From positions 1,632,001 through 1,696,000 of the forward strand of contig CBDDIJ010000003.1 of the NCBI GenBank assembly GCA_965228855.1: 64,000 nt of DNA. Direction: 5' to 3'. Source of the stretch: Candidatus Obscuribacterales bacterium (GTDB taxonomy: Bacteria; Cyanobacteriota; Vampirovibrionia; Obscuribacterales; Obscuribacteraceae). Position numbers and translations under genes: made by a program. The notes under the pieces are model-generated. The model made no database searches, was not told where the DNA came from, and worked only from the letters and a program-made list of their open reading frames with translations. Below are positions 1-10,221 of the stretch, one piece after another. Within the stretch, counting starts at the first letter, position 1. Every line of letters begins with the position of its first letter.

Positions 1-1
1 A

Positions 2-328
2 GGGAAATCTCTCATAAAAGAGGTTTTTCAACTAGGAGACAGGTATTGGCGCGGAATCGGCGTCGTCGAGCAGGGCGGATATCACTTGCGACCGGAGTTT
101 CAGCAGTTCGATGCGGAGCGCGCTTTCGAATTGCAATTCGAGGCGAAAGGCGACAACCAGGCTTGTATCAGTCGCGAAATTCTGCTCGGTTTCAAGAAAC
201 CTACAGACTGTCCTCTTTTCGGAAAGGGATGCCGTCCTGGAAGTGCGATGGGATCGACGATGGTATCAAGCGAAGGCGCTTGCGCTTCGTACTATAATTT
301 CAAAAACGATCGCCAATTGCTGGCATAG
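2..328 (+). CDS. hypD: Hydrogenase maturation protein HypD, 3' portion (5'-truncated by window edge)
   Basis: Frame from position 2 reads ...EVFQLGDRYWRGIGVV...FDAERAF...CISREILLGFKKPTDCPLFGKGCRPGSAMGSTMVSSEGACASYY, the characteristic HypD C-terminus. Confidence 0.92.
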   Translation, partial: GKSLIKEVFQLGDRYWRGIGVVEQGGYHLRPEFQQFDAERAFELQFEAKGDNQACISREILLGFKKPTDCPLFGKGCRPGSAMGSTMVSSEGACASYYNFKNDRQLLA

Positions 329-335
329 TCTCTAT

Positions 336-2441
336 TTAAAACAGCAAAAATGTTTTGGACCGAATAATCAAAATCAAGATGGTCGGCAGCACAGTGATCA
401 GGATGAGCTTGCCCTGACTCAGATCATGCACGTGGCGCAGACCGATCAATTGCAGCCGTATCGTCATCACAAGCGAGATAAGCAGCATTATGTAGCCCGG
501 AATGTGATTGCCGAGGAATGAAAACTGTAAACCTGCGATCACCAATGCGGCTTGACTGTACGCGATTACACGAAAGTTCGACTCGTAAGATTCGGCGCTG
601 CCCAATCCGATACATAGTTTCCATACAACAAAACTCAGAGCGAATGTTTGCAAAACATTGCCCAGAATAAACTGGATGGACACAAGCAAATTAAAATTGA
701 GCACACCGGCAAGAAGCCCTGAAGCAGCAGCCACGATAAAGAAGAATAGAGCGGGCTCGGCAAGATTTCCTTTCTGAGGCATCTTCTTGAAGAAGACTTC
801 CGGTTGCGTCAAAATTTCTTTGACCTGGTGCATCGTGAACATGACTACACCTTTTGTTTCTGGTGTCATCAGCCGTTCAAAGCGTGCGAATTTATCATTC
901 GGATCTGACGAACGCTCGTCTTCATCGGTTTCGTCATAAAATGCTTCTGGTGGCGGTTGAACTCGTCGAACGCGCTTGGGCGGCTCAGGTGGCGGAGCCG
1001 GTTTTCGCTTCTTGGGCAAATTTAAGAACGTGTCCGGCAACGCGTTTATCTCAGCGCGCCTAATCACATCATCGCCAAGACCGTCACTCAGCGCCGCTGC
1101 TTGAGCAATAGCTTCGGCGGCGGCCCGGTCCGTATTGGCAGAATCTTGATAGGCCTTTTCGTGTGGGTCGTAGAACTGTTGAGGGGCCGCAGCTTGACGA
1201 GCCATTTGCTCCAGGTATTCGTCATACTGCCTCTGGGCACGTTCGGCGAGAGTCTCTTCCGACACCTCTTGATTGACGCCAGGAGCCAAATACTGCGAAG
1301 CGGTAGAAGCGCGATCAGAAAACTGATCGCTCCCTCCGCCGGACTGTGGAGGCGCGGAATGTGGCGGTGCGCTTGTATGCGAATGTGGCGGTGCACCAGA
1401 GTGAGACTGTGGTGGCGCACCCGAGTGCGACTGTGGCGGAGCACCAGAGTGGGACTGTGGTGGCGCGCCATTGTGTGATTGTTGCGGTGCTGCGCTGGAC
1501 GACTGCTGAAAACTGTCAAACGACGCCATTCTTTCCTGCGGCGGCGGCTGAGGAGACGGCGGAGGTCCCTGTCCGTCGAAGAAGAAGGCCTGCTGCGCTG
1601 TCATGCCACCGGATTGCTGCGCTGGCAGACTTGGTTGAGAGCCCCCGGAATTGCCGGCACCACCTGTGCCACCAGTTCGAGAGTCGGCTTGACCACCAGA
1701 TGCGGTGCCAGAAGTTTCTCCGGGGTCGAAGAATCCACCCGGGACTCGCCGCGGGTCTTGTGATTCCGGAGTGAGAAAGGTTTCAAAACTATATCCGGGC
1801 GGGGGTGGTTCTTGAGGAACGCCAGCCATAGCTTGCGGTGTGGATGGTTGAGCAGGTCCCTGACGCACCGCAGTTCTGTTTGACTCATCAAAGAAATCCG
1901 CCACGCCTTTAGAAACGCTCTGTGAGTTCACTTGAGGCGGGTTTAATTGCTGTGCGTTCTGGCGGGCACCATCGGCGGTAGCATCAGTCGATGGTCCGCT
2001 CATACCCGGCGGTTCCGGTCCACTCATTGGGGGTGGCGGTGGCGCTGCAGCGGCAGCAGCTGTTGCTGCTCTTCGCCGTTGTTCTTCCACTATTCTAGGA
2101 TCGTAAACAGGTATCTCGCCCTCGCCCTCACCAGGTCGCGCCACGTTTTGCGGCGCAGAAGACTGCAGATTGCCATGAGCGCTACCGGACTGAGGTTGCG
2201 AGCCCTGAGCCGCTTGCGCCGGAACAGATGAATGAGCCCCCGGAACACCTTCGGTACGCATAAAAGCAGTCGGCTGATTCGGACCTGGTCCACTCGGCAG
2301 ATCGATAGCTCCTTGAAAAAAGGCATCCGGATTCTGTGCGGTCTGGAACGAGCCTGAAACATCCAATCGCTGATGTCCGGCAGCGTTTCGACGCTCCTCA
2401 TCTTGGTCCGGATCACTGGGAGGGTAACTAGGATCACTCAT
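336..2441 (-). CDS. Membrane protein with a long Pro/Gln-rich disordered N-terminus and a C-terminal Yip1-like multi-TM domain
   Basis: 701-aa ORF; the last ~170 aa are several hydrophobic helices (QPEVFFKKMP...YESNFRVIAYSQA...LIGLRHVHDLSQGK) typical of Yip1 domains. Confidence 0.7.
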   Translation of the reverse strand: MSDPSYPPSDPDQDEERRNAAGHQRLDVSGSFQTAQNPDAFFQGAIDLPSGPGPNQPTAFMRTEGVPGAHSSVPAQAAQGSQPQSGSAHGNLQSSAPQNVARPGEGEGEIPVYDPRIVEEQRRRAATAAAAAAPPPPPMSGPEPPGMSGPSTDATADGARQNAQQLNPPQVNSQSVSKGVADFFDESNRTAVRQGPAQPSTPQAMAGVPQEPPPPGYSFETFLTPESQDPRRVPGGFFDPGETSGTASGGQADSRTGGTGGAGNSGGSQPSLPAQQSGGMTAQQAFFFDGQGPPPSPQPPPQERMASFDSFQQSSSAAPQQSHNGAPPQSHSGAPPQSHSGAPPQSHSGAPPHSHTSAPPHSAPPQSGGGSDQFSDRASTASQYLAPGVNQEVSEETLAERAQRQYDEYLEQMARQAAAPQQFYDPHEKAYQDSANTDRAAAEAIAQAAALSDGLGDDVIRRAEINALPDTFLNLPKKRKPAPPPEPPKRVRRVQPPPEAFYDETDEDERSSDPNDKFARFERLMTPETKGVVMFTMHQVKEILTQPEVFFKKMPQKGNLAEPALFFFIVAAASGLLAGVLNFNLLVSIQFILGNVLQTFALSFVVWKLCIGLGSAESYESNFRVIAYSQAALVIAGLQFSFLGNHIPGYIMLLISLVMTIRLQLIGLRHVHDLSQGKLILITVLPTILILIIRSKTFLLF
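1340..1475 (-). repeat. Intragenic 24-bp tandem repeat encoding (PPQSHSGA)n
   Basis: About 5 imperfect copies visible in both the translation and the DNA (gactgtggtggcgcacc-like units). Confidence 0.85.
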
Positions 2442-2629
2442 AAGCGCCTCCAGTCCGACCGCTCGCTCTCCCGGCTATGAGAGAGCGTATCTCTGAAATT
2501 AGGACTGCAATGGCTTGTAACATCGATTACTCGAGAACTCGAAAGTCTTTATACCCTGATCTGGCATAGCCTAGTCTAAATGAGCGAAAAACTCCAATCT
2601 CGTGAAAGGCTTCTCTGCCCTTGCGTAAC

Positions 2630-2660
2630 AAAAAATCCTCCGTCGTGAGCCGGAGGATTC
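2630..2660 (-). terminator. Rho-independent terminator of the DUF2934 gene
   Basis: AATCCTCCG(2634-2642)/CGGAGGATT(2651-2659) stem with an A-run on + (U-tract on -), ~25 bp past the stop codon. Confidence 0.8.
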
Positions 2661-2685
2661 TAGCGTTTCGATCACAATTTCGAAA

Positions 2686-3114
2686 CTAGTTGATTTGATT
2701 CAGTTCAGCTTCTGCACGCAACCAATCGCTAACGTCGCCGCCGTGCGAATATCCACGCTCAAGCCAGAGGAAATAAGCTCTGAGAGCCACTTCTTCAGGA
2801 CTGAAGGTTCTCTTTTCGATGGTTTGTTTGGTTGCGGAAATGGTGGCTGCGGAAACTTCTTCTACTTTGGTAGCTTTGGTTTCTACTGCCGCTTTCGTCG
2901 CTTTCGGCTCTACAGCCTTGGCTTCGACCTTGGTTTCAACAGCTTTGCTTTCAGCTTTGGGAGCCGGTTTTGTAGCGACTACCGCTTTAGTTGCTTTGGT
3001 ATCTACTTTGGTGTCTTTTGTTGCAGCGGCCTTGTTGGGCGCGGCTTTAGTGGTTGCCGACTTGGGTTCTGCTTTGGTTGTTTTACCAGGTGCGCTGGGT
3101 TTCTTTGTTGCCAT
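2686..3114 (-). CDS. DUF2934-domain protein with a Lys/Ala-rich histone H1-like N-terminus
   Basis: C-terminal EEVALRAYFLWLERGYSHGGDVSDWLRAEAEL matches the DUF2934 motif; strong RBS (AAGGAGGAAGG) upstream. Confidence 0.85.
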   Translation of the reverse strand: MATKKPSAPGKTTKAEPKSATTKAAPNKAAATKDTKVDTKATKAVVATKPAPKAESKAVETKVEAKAVEPKATKAAVETKATKVEEVSAATISATKQTIEKRTFSPEEVALRAYFLWLERGYSHGGDVSDWLRAEAELNQIN

Positions 3115-3251
3115 TTACCTTCCTCCTTTAGTTTGAGTCATCATCTGGGGAAGAGGTGCCTCAAAAATGCCACATCAGTCTAGCTCACATGCGGAGAAAT
3201 TGTCGGCTTGTTGTTACGCTTCATCAAAAGTTGGTGATCAACTTCATGAAC

Positions 3252-4508
3252 TTAAAAGTTCACACCAGCGTCTTGCAAACATTGACGAATCTGCGGAAGC
3301 GCTTGGCGTGCGGCTTCTTCGCCAGCTTCTATGGCACGGATAGCATCTTGTTTTTTCGTGGACAATAAACCAATACCATCAACATCAGGATGAATAGTGA
3401 TACATGCTTTGTCAGCGTGTGGTCCGTCCATCTTATCGAGTTGCAGAGTGATTATTCGCCGACTCACACTTCCCATCTTTCTAAACGAGTTAATCGGCAC
3501 CGTGTTAAGTCGTTCATCGCAATTGACTGCAATCACAACATCAGCGCCAAGCTCCAGGGCTTGCTCCACGGGAATGTTCTCCAACACACCACCATCGATA
3601 AACAAATCATTGCCGATCTGCACCGGCTTGCGAAGACCCGGCACCGCAGAACTAGCCTGCATCGCTTTTGCTAACCGTCCCTTCGTAATCGCGTGCGGAA
3701 GACCTTCTGTGAGATCCACAGCTACCGCCGCATAAGGCTTCTTCAACTCTTCGATTTTCTTCTCATCGTCCGGAAGTTTTTTATTTAGATATCTTCTGAA
3801 TCGTACTCCGTAGAACAATCCATCATATGGATGATATACAAGCCGCGGCAGGAGAAACACAGGCATGGTCACAAGCCGCACGGGAATTGGCACAGTCATG
3901 TACGACCGCATCAAAGAGGTATCGAGAAACATCTCTTCGATCTTTTGCAGTTTCAGACCAGCACAATAGAAGCCACCAACAATTGCGCCCATGCTCGTTC
4001 CGACGACGATATCGAAGGGAACTTTTTCTTTCTCCAATACTTTTAAAACGCCCACATGCGAAGCGCCTCGAGTACCCCCACCGCCGAGGACCAGAGCAAT
4101 TTTTATATCGCGTCCTGTTTTACCGTCAGCCTTGTTGCCCGTGCTGCAGCCGCTTTTGCCTGTGTCGGTTTTGCTAATCAGTTGTTTGTTGCGATGCTTC
4201 TCGCTCTCATTGGATGCGCGACCGTTTTCACGGCCGTCGTTTCTACTGCTGTCGTTTTCTCTGCGGTCGCTTCCGCCAGTATCGGTTTCGTTGGTGTCGT
4301 TTACAAACCTGACACTACCAGCAGTGTCGAGGACTCTGAGAGTGCTTGCGCTACTAGACGTTGCGGTTTTTGATTGTCCGTCTCCACTTGCAACGTCAAG
4401 TAAACCCGTCGCGTGGCTCGGCAGAGAGCAGCACAGCAAAAGGCTGACAGAAAGAATTGAAGCGACAAAACGTCCAGCAATTACGGCGGCGAAACTCACA
4501 AAAAACAC
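3252..4508 (-). CDS. Patatin-like phospholipase, probably exported
   Basis: GGGGTRG, GTSMG (catalytic Ser) and DGG motifs; hydrophobic N-terminus. Confidence 0.92.
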   Translation of the reverse strand: MFFVSFAAVIAGRFVASILSVSLLLCCSLPSHATGLLDVASGDGQSKTATSSSASTLRVLDTAGSVRFVNDTNETDTGGSDRRENDSSRNDGRENGRASNESEKHRNKQLISKTDTGKSGCSTGNKADGKTGRDIKIALVLGGGGTRGASHVGVLKVLEKEKVPFDIVVGTSMGAIVGGFYCAGLKLQKIEEMFLDTSLMRSYMTVPIPVRLVTMPVFLLPRLVYHPYDGLFYGVRFRRYLNKKLPDDEKKIEELKKPYAAVAVDLTEGLPHAITKGRLAKAMQASSAVPGLRKPVQIGNDLFIDGGVLENIPVEQALELGADVVIAVNCDERLNTVPINSFRKMGSVSRRIITLQLDKMDGPHADKACITIHPDVDGIGLLSTKKQDAIRAIEAGEEAARQALPQIRQCLQDAGVNF

Positions 4509-5022
4509 CCGGAATACGACCGAAGTACCAGGTCAGTCGTTAAATGAATTCTACCCTGGAATCACCGCATCAACCAGAAATTAGCGATTAGCGCACTGTC
4601 CACGTTTTGCAGGCTTCACTGAAGTTTCGGTTCTTCACAGCCGGGCTCTACTTCAATGCGCTAACGACGCACTAAATACGGTGGCTTGCGTGATGCCTTC
4701 GAATGCGGATTCAGGCCACAATTACATCACGCGTCCATCACATGATTGACGCGCGTTGATCACAGTCGCGATGAGAAACAGACGATAATTTGAGTTATCA
4801 AGATGACTCGGATCCCGAAATGAAATGTTTGCAGACTATGCCACAATCGGCTGTACGAGAATGTTTAAGGAAAAATGAAGAACCGCTTGACTTCATCTTG
4901 TCAAAGATTTTCTCTTGTTCACAACTGAAAAAGATTGCATAATGAGAACCCTAACAAACCATTGGTAACCGGGTATTCCACATCGCTATCGATCGTTTAC
5001 TCGGACGAATATACCCACCAGT

Positions 5023-5421
5023 TTGAGGTGTCCCATGGGTCTTACGATTTTCTACAAATCCGTGACATCTAGACCGGTTGAGGGAGACAAGTCCCGACGC
5101 AAAACTCTGGACGAAATTCCGACACCGAAACAAGACAGCACGAAACTGTCCAAGGGCTATAGAGAACTAAGCAAGAACAAAACCCTTGCCGGCAGAGAAG
5201 CCGCTCGTCAGTTCAACGGACAAGATAAAGACATGCAGCCCAATAGACTGCAGCTGGTTTCAAATTTGCGTCACAAAGAAAAATTTCTTGCGTGGCGCCA
5301 CATGATGCATGATCTGTCGAGATACGTTTTGACTGGATTCAATAAGTTCAATCCGGCCAGAGTGCTCTCCCCAGATCCATTTGAAGTCAGCAACAGCGCA
5401 GTGCGATTTCACCGTCGCTAA
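5023..5421 (+). CDS. Hypothetical protein (true start may be the ATG at 5035)
   Basis: 132-aa ORF with GAGGTG upstream of the internal ATG; no recognisable motif. Confidence 0.5.
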   Translation: MRCPMGLTIFYKSVTSRPVEGDKSRRKTLDEIPTPKQDSTKLSKGYRELSKNKTLAGREAARQFNGQDKDMQPNRLQLVSNLRHKEKFLAWRHMMHDLSRYVLTGFNKFNPARVLSPDPFEVSNSAVRFHRR

Positions 5422-5537
5422 GCCAATCTCGACAAATACAACGCAATATATTCGAAAGAGCAACCTTGGTTGCTCTTTTGTTTTTCAAATATCCAAAGTA
5501 ACTTTTGAGCACCTTATATAGTGGCACTCGAGGGCAC

Positions 5538-5699
5538 CTACCGACTGAGCTGATCTTTGAAGAACGACAAGGAATGCGTGACCGAGTCGTAAACGATCCA
5601 CACGACATGCATGACCTCATCATGCAACAACGAAAGAAGCATGGTTATTCCCAGCGTCAAAACGAGACTGTAGAACAGAATGTGTGAGAAGAGTTCCAT
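5538..5699 (-). CDS. Small single-TM hypothetical protein (53 aa)
   Basis: ATG at 5699 preceded by GAGGAA; hydrophobic segment ILFYSLVLTLGITMLLSLL. Confidence 0.5.
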   Translation of the reverse strand: MELFSHILFYSLVLTLGITMLLSLLHDEVMHVVWIVYDSVTHSLSFFKDQLSR

Positions 5700-6022
5700 T
5701 ACCAATTCCTCTTGAGTGCAGCGCTTGCGGCCCGCCGCGTGACAGTAGAATCTCAAAACCAGGGTTAACAAGCGGTTAAGAGTGAGAATTCCGTAACGGG
5801 TTGACAAGCTCTTTCTTTACAAAAGCCCATGCGGTTTAGCAGCGTTTAAGTTTTCATCCATTCTCGATGCTTCACCCGAGCACCAGAAGCGACATTCGCC
5901 AGTAGTAATAATTTTTGCCTGATTTTTATTCTCAATGCGCATATAAGGCGTGACAAGAATAATTTTCGACCAAAAATTATTCCCACTAGGAATGGAGGCA
6001 GCTTAAGAGACCATCAGGAGTT

Positions 6023-6098
6023 AGCAGCTAGGCGGCTCGGCAGCTCGGCAGCTCGGCAGCTCGGCGGCGCGGCAGCTAGGCAGCTAGGCAGCTAGGCG
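6023..6098. repeat. Intergenic 8-bp tandem repeat (GGCAGCTC/GGCAGCTA) x9
   Basis: Units read directly: AGCAGCTA, GGCGGCTC, GGCAGCTC x3, GGCGGCGC, GGCAGCTA x3. Confidence 0.95.
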
Positions 6099-6116
6099 CT
6101 TGGGCGTCAGCGGGAA

Positions 6117-6611
6117 CTAGTGGTCAGTTCCGCACTTGCAGAGTCCGCGATTCTTCCAGTGCACTGCGACAAGCATCAGGTTGCCGGCCGACAGGCAGAT
6201 CATCTCGCCCCTCTCGCCAAGCAGCGCGTGACCGTACATCACGCCAAGCGTGACAAGACCAAGACCGGCGATGGTTCCAAGAAGTATCGGAAGCTTCCGG
6301 TGTTTCAAATATCCAGGCACGATTGCGAAGAGCGCGAAAGCCCAAATAGCCGCCGCCAGATACATATGCGATTCATGCGACTCTAGAAATTGCAAACCGA
6401 GAACCGGGAGGAGCGCAATCACAAAGGGCATAGCCAGGCAATGCACAAGGCAAATCGCCGAAGCGATGATTCCAAGATTGTCCATCACAACTGCTGTATT
6501 CAGAACATTGGTGTTGACGATGGCTTCGGCTGCCTGCGCCTTTCCGGCGTCGGCTGGCGAGTGGTCTTCGCCACAACAGTTTTGATGTTGGGTCGGCTTG
6601 TTTTCTAGCAT
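6117..6611 (-). CDS. MerC-family membrane protein (metal uptake)
   Basis: DNLGIIASAICLVHCLAMP motif, four TM segments, conserved C-terminal HWKN. Confidence 0.85.
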   Translation of the reverse strand: MLENKPTQHQNCCGEDHSPADAGKAQAAEAIVNTNVLNTAVVMDNLGIIASAICLVHCLAMPFVIALLPVLGLQFLESHESHMYLAAAIWAFALFAIVPGYLKHRKLPILLGTIAGLGLVTLGVMYGHALLGERGEMICLSAGNLMLVAVHWKNRGLCKCGTDH

Positions 6612-6633
6612 CTATGTATTAAGGCGGTCATTT

Positions 6634-6648
6634 TGAAAGTGATTACCA
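6634..6648. promoter_or_regulatory. Putative Zur/Fur-type 7-1-7 operator upstream of the MerC-like gene
   Basis: TGAAAGTGATTACCA matches TGATAATNATTATCA with 3 mismatches; lies 23 bp upstream of the merC-like start, next to a Fur-family gene. Confidence 0.55.
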
Positions 6649-6753
6649 TTTCCTATTGTGCTTCAGAAATAGGGAATTGCCAAGGTGTATAACCTTGAGA
6701 TTCTATAAAAGATTGATGTCTGATGCTCGCAAAGCAAACAGGCTCAATGGTTT

Positions 6754-7140
6754 CTATTTGGCGGTACAGACTTTGCAGGTACCGAAGATTTCAAGGATGT
6801 GGCCCTTGATCTGAAAACCGTACTTGTTTTTGATTCCTTCTTCAAGCTCTTCAATCAGGCATTGATCGAGATGCACGCTCGAGCGGCACTTGTCGCAAAC
6901 CAGGTGATGGTGGTGTTCACCAGGTTTGACGAGTTCATAACGACGTTCACCATCGCCGAGAGCGACAGCTTGAACCAGTCCCGCACTAACCAGAGATTCC
7001 AGCGATCGATAGACCGTAGTCAATCCGGGCGCCTTATCGTCTTCGTTGCGCATCAATCCGTGAATGTCTTGGGCGCTGGAGAGTTCCTGGACCTGTTCCA
7101 GAACTTCGAGAACTTTTTTGCAACCTTTGGTTAGCCGCAT
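6754..7140 (-). CDS. Fur-family transcriptional regulator (probably Zur)
   Basis: GLTTVYRSL helix, HHHHLVCDKC and C-terminal CKVC motifs; ATG at 7140 is the likely start. Confidence 0.92.
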   Translation of the reverse strand: MRLTKGCKKVLEVLEQVQELSSAQDIHGLMRNEDDKAPGLTTVYRSLESLVSAGLVQAVALGDGERRYELVKPGEHHHHLVCDKCRSSVHLDQCLIEELEEGIKNKYGFQIKGHILEIFGTCKVCTAK

Positions 7141-7413
7141 GTCAATACCTTGGAGCACTGCCTAAAATTTCCTGGCTTGTCGTAATTTGTTCATGAGAGT
7201 TGATGATATCTGCTCTCATTTTAGATCGCAAATTGCGCTTCTGGAGCCATTTGCGCATGTCTGATTAGCATATCAGTAGGACTGCGTTCGGAAAAGCAGG
7301 TGTAGGTCTGATGTAACTGTATTAAGATGTACGTGCGGAATACAACTCCGCGTTTTCCGGAGACATTCCGGATAATGTTTTTCTCTTGTTGAAACTCAGC
7401 CTGAAGGCTCGGG

Positions 7414-10221
7414 ATGAACCAAAACAACGACCAGCTCGAAGAAAAAACTGACAACGATAGACCCGAAGCGGAATTGGAATCTTCCTTTCGCTCGAGTTAC
7501 AGACAAACATATACAAATCTCAAAACGTACTGGGGCGGCGACCAACAGCTCACAGACAGCACAAGCAGCGACGGCTGGGCCGCTTCGACGAACGCCGCTA
7601 GTTCGCCGAACGCGCTGAACACCGCATTATCAGCATCCTCGGCATCCAACAAAATCATGCCCGCCACTGGTTCCATTCCGGCTGAAACGGCTGCGAATGC
7701 AAGCACGGCTGGTCATTCAGAGACTGCTGCTTTTAGAGAAAAACCGATTCCGCCGGCCGGAACCCACGCTCCGCACCATCCCTGGCATCTGGGCAGCGGC
7801 GGTAAACGCAAACCCGCTGGAATTAAACAGAAATTGCCGAACGACGAGCCAGTACCAATGTTTGGTGACGAACTGAAGGCGGCAAACGCCGGAGGGGCAA
7901 ACCTGACCAACGGCATGCCGCCGCCGGCGGAAGGCGAAGTCCGTCACCTTGGCGGGCGTGGAATTCCGTACTCTGTTGACGGGGCCAATGGACAAGCAAA
8001 TCTCGATGTCCTCAAGAAAATTGCAGCGCAACCCACTGCCGGGACACCTCAGGCAGCACCGCCACATTTTGGTGCGCCGGAGTCTTACCAACCTACGCAG
8101 TCTGCAGTTCCACACCAACCGATGCAGTCCGCGGTTCCACATCAACCGCCGCAGTCAGCAGTTCCACACCAACCGATGCAGTCCGCAGTTCCTCAAATCG
8201 TCACGCCGGGTGCGCCACCAAATCCGGTGCCTCCTTCAGAAGCACCACTTCTCGGAGATCACGAAGACCTGGAACAAGGTGCTGATCTTTACGCTCCAAC
8301 GATTGAAGTAGTAACTCCTCCGATCGCGAAGGAAGAATTCAATGACGAGCCGTTCGACGATAGCGTCGCACATCTTTATCTGCCTACCGCCGATGTAGCG
8401 AAACCGGTAATTCCGCAAAGCGAAATGCTCACGTCCGGAGAGCCCTCGACTTCTGGCAATGTTTCCAAACAAACCAACATGAACTCTCCGGCAAATTTGG
8501 AAACACCTGCGCCTAGACCGGCGCCTGCTCCGTCAGGTTCAAGAACGCCAGTTAGTGAATCACTTCCGCCGGACGCGTCTCCGTCGTCAGGACCGAGCTT
8601 GCCTAACCTTCCCAAACACACAAGCATGACGGCGGAACCAAATTCAATTGCCCGACCTGTGAATATGCCGACACCATCTTCGGTGCCCTCGGAAGATTCA
8701 CTTAAGGCAGAGCAGTGGGAAAACGTTCCGCGGTCTAAACGACCGAAGCTCAACTCTTACATAGACCGACAGCTCGGCAAAGATGTGAATGAGCAGTCCG
8801 AACCGGAGACGGATAAGGCGGATGATTCAAGCATTCACAAGCGCAGTTCGTCGCCTGCCAAAGGTATTTTAATTGGAAGTGCAGTGGTTGTCGCTATTGC
8901 GGTATGCGGTTTTCTGTTTGTCACGCTCACTAAGGGTGGTGGCGGTGGTATGCCGTCATTTTCTAGCGATTCGTGGAAGCCGCTCGCGGCTGAGGCTGAT
9001 ACCGCAATCACAAGCGGCGAATACGCCAGCGCCATTACAACGCTGGATAAAGCGATTAAGCTAAACCCAAACGTTGCCGAACTTTTTCATAAACGCGGTT
9101 TAGCAAAGTTGCAATCTAAAAATCGGGCGACTTACGATTCCGCGCTTCAGGATTTGAACGTGGCTATCAACAAAGACGCGAAATTGTTAGAAGCTGTTTT
9201 GGACAGAGCGGCTGTTCGGATTGAACTGGGACAGTTTCAAGAGGCAATCAACGACTACGACCAGCTTATCAAAGCGGGCAAAGACACCGACAAGGTTCAC
9301 TATGGACGCGGTTTAGCAAAGTATTATGCCGGCGACTATGCAGAGGCACAATCGGAATTCGAGAAAGTATTGGCGTCTGACAGCAGCAATGTTCAAGCTT
9401 CAATTGCTCTGGGCACAACACTCTACAAAAGCAAGTCGGATAGAGAAGGCGCTGATAAGAAATTTGCAGACGCCACCAAAGGTGATGCTTCCGGACTGGC
9501 ATTGCGAAATCGAGCGATCTTAGCTTACGAGCAGGGACCGACCGGATACGAAGCCGCTCACAAGTTTTACTCTGACGCAATCGCAGCTAATCCCAAGGAT
9601 GCAAACTTATATAATGAGCGCGGGATCGTTCACTGGATGCAAAAGGATCCACTTGCTGCAGCCAGTGATTTTAAGGCCGCTGTTGAACGCGATGCCAATT
9701 TAGAGTCGGCACAGAGAAACCTGAGCCACGTTAGCAAAATCACCGGTAGTGGTGGCACTGATGCTGTTTTAAAACTACTTGACGGCGATTGGAAAGGCTC
9801 TGCTGCAGCTGCAAATAAATTGATTGCGGATAAAAGTTTGAGTGGTTCCGAAACAGTACGTGCAATACTAACTAAGTGGGTCGCCACTCATTATCAAAAT
9901 CGCGGAGTGCTTGCTGGCGAAGTGCTTCGCACCGCACAAAAACCGGCCGCGGGTATCCCATGGCAATCAACTCTCGTGAAGTATCTTGTCGGGGATATCA
10001 ATTTCGAAACAGCACTGAAGGCAGCCAACACGCAAGCCGAGAAAACCGACCTTAACTATTACGGCGCCATCAAAGACCTTTTCGATCTGAAGAAGCCTGA
10101 TGAAGCTAGCAAAAAATTGAAGTGGGTTTTAGACAAAGGGCTGACCACATCCACCGAGTATGCGCTCGCGAAAAAATCGGTCGAATGGATGAAACAAGAC
10201 CAGGGAGAGTCGGAAGAATGA
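7414..10221 (+). CDS. Single-TM tetratricopeptide repeat protein with a long disordered N-terminus
   Basis: Pro-rich N-half with QSAVPHQPM repeats, a TM helix (GILIGSAVVVAIAVCGFLFV), then multiple TPRs. Confidence 0.85.
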   Translation: MNQNNDQLEEKTDNDRPEAELESSFRSSYRQTYTNLKTYWGGDQQLTDSTSSDGWAASTNAASSPNALNTALSASSASNKIMPATGSIPAETAANASTAGHSETAAFREKPIPPAGTHAPHHPWHLGSGGKRKPAGIKQKLPNDEPVPMFGDELKAANAGGANLTNGMPPPAEGEVRHLGGRGIPYSVDGANGQANLDVLKKIAAQPTAGTPQAAPPHFGAPESYQPTQSAVPHQPMQSAVPHQPPQSAVPHQPMQSAVPQIVTPGAPPNPVPPSEAPLLGDHEDLEQGADLYAPTIEVVTPPIAKEEFNDEPFDDSVAHLYLPTADVAKPVIPQSEMLTSGEPSTSGNVSKQTNMNSPANLETPAPRPAPAPSGSRTPVSESLPPDASPSSGPSLPNLPKHTSMTAEPNSIARPVNMPTPSSVPSEDSLKAEQWENVPRSKRPKLNSYIDRQLGKDVNEQSEPETDKADDSSIHKRSSSPAKGILIGSAVVVAIAVCGFLFVTLTKGGGGGMPSFSSDSWKPLAAEADTAITSGEYASAITTLDKAIKLNPNVAELFHKRGLAKLQSKNRATYDSALQDLNVAINKDAKLLEAVLDRAAVRIELGQFQEAINDYDQLIKAGKDTDKVHYGRGLAKYYAGDYAEAQSEFEKVLASDSSNVQASIALGTTLYKSKSDREGADKKFADATKGDASGLALRNRAILAYEQGPTGYEAAHKFYSDAIAANPKDANLYNERGIVHWMQKDPLAAASDFKAAVERDANLESAQRNLSHVSKITGSGGTDAVLKLLDGDWKGSAAAANKLIADKSLSGSETVRAILTKWVATHYQNRGVLAGEVLRTAQKPAAGIPWQSTLVKYLVGDINFETALKAANTQAEKTDLNYYGAIKDLFDLKKPDEASKKLKWVLDKGLTTSTEYALAKKSVEWMKQDQGESEE

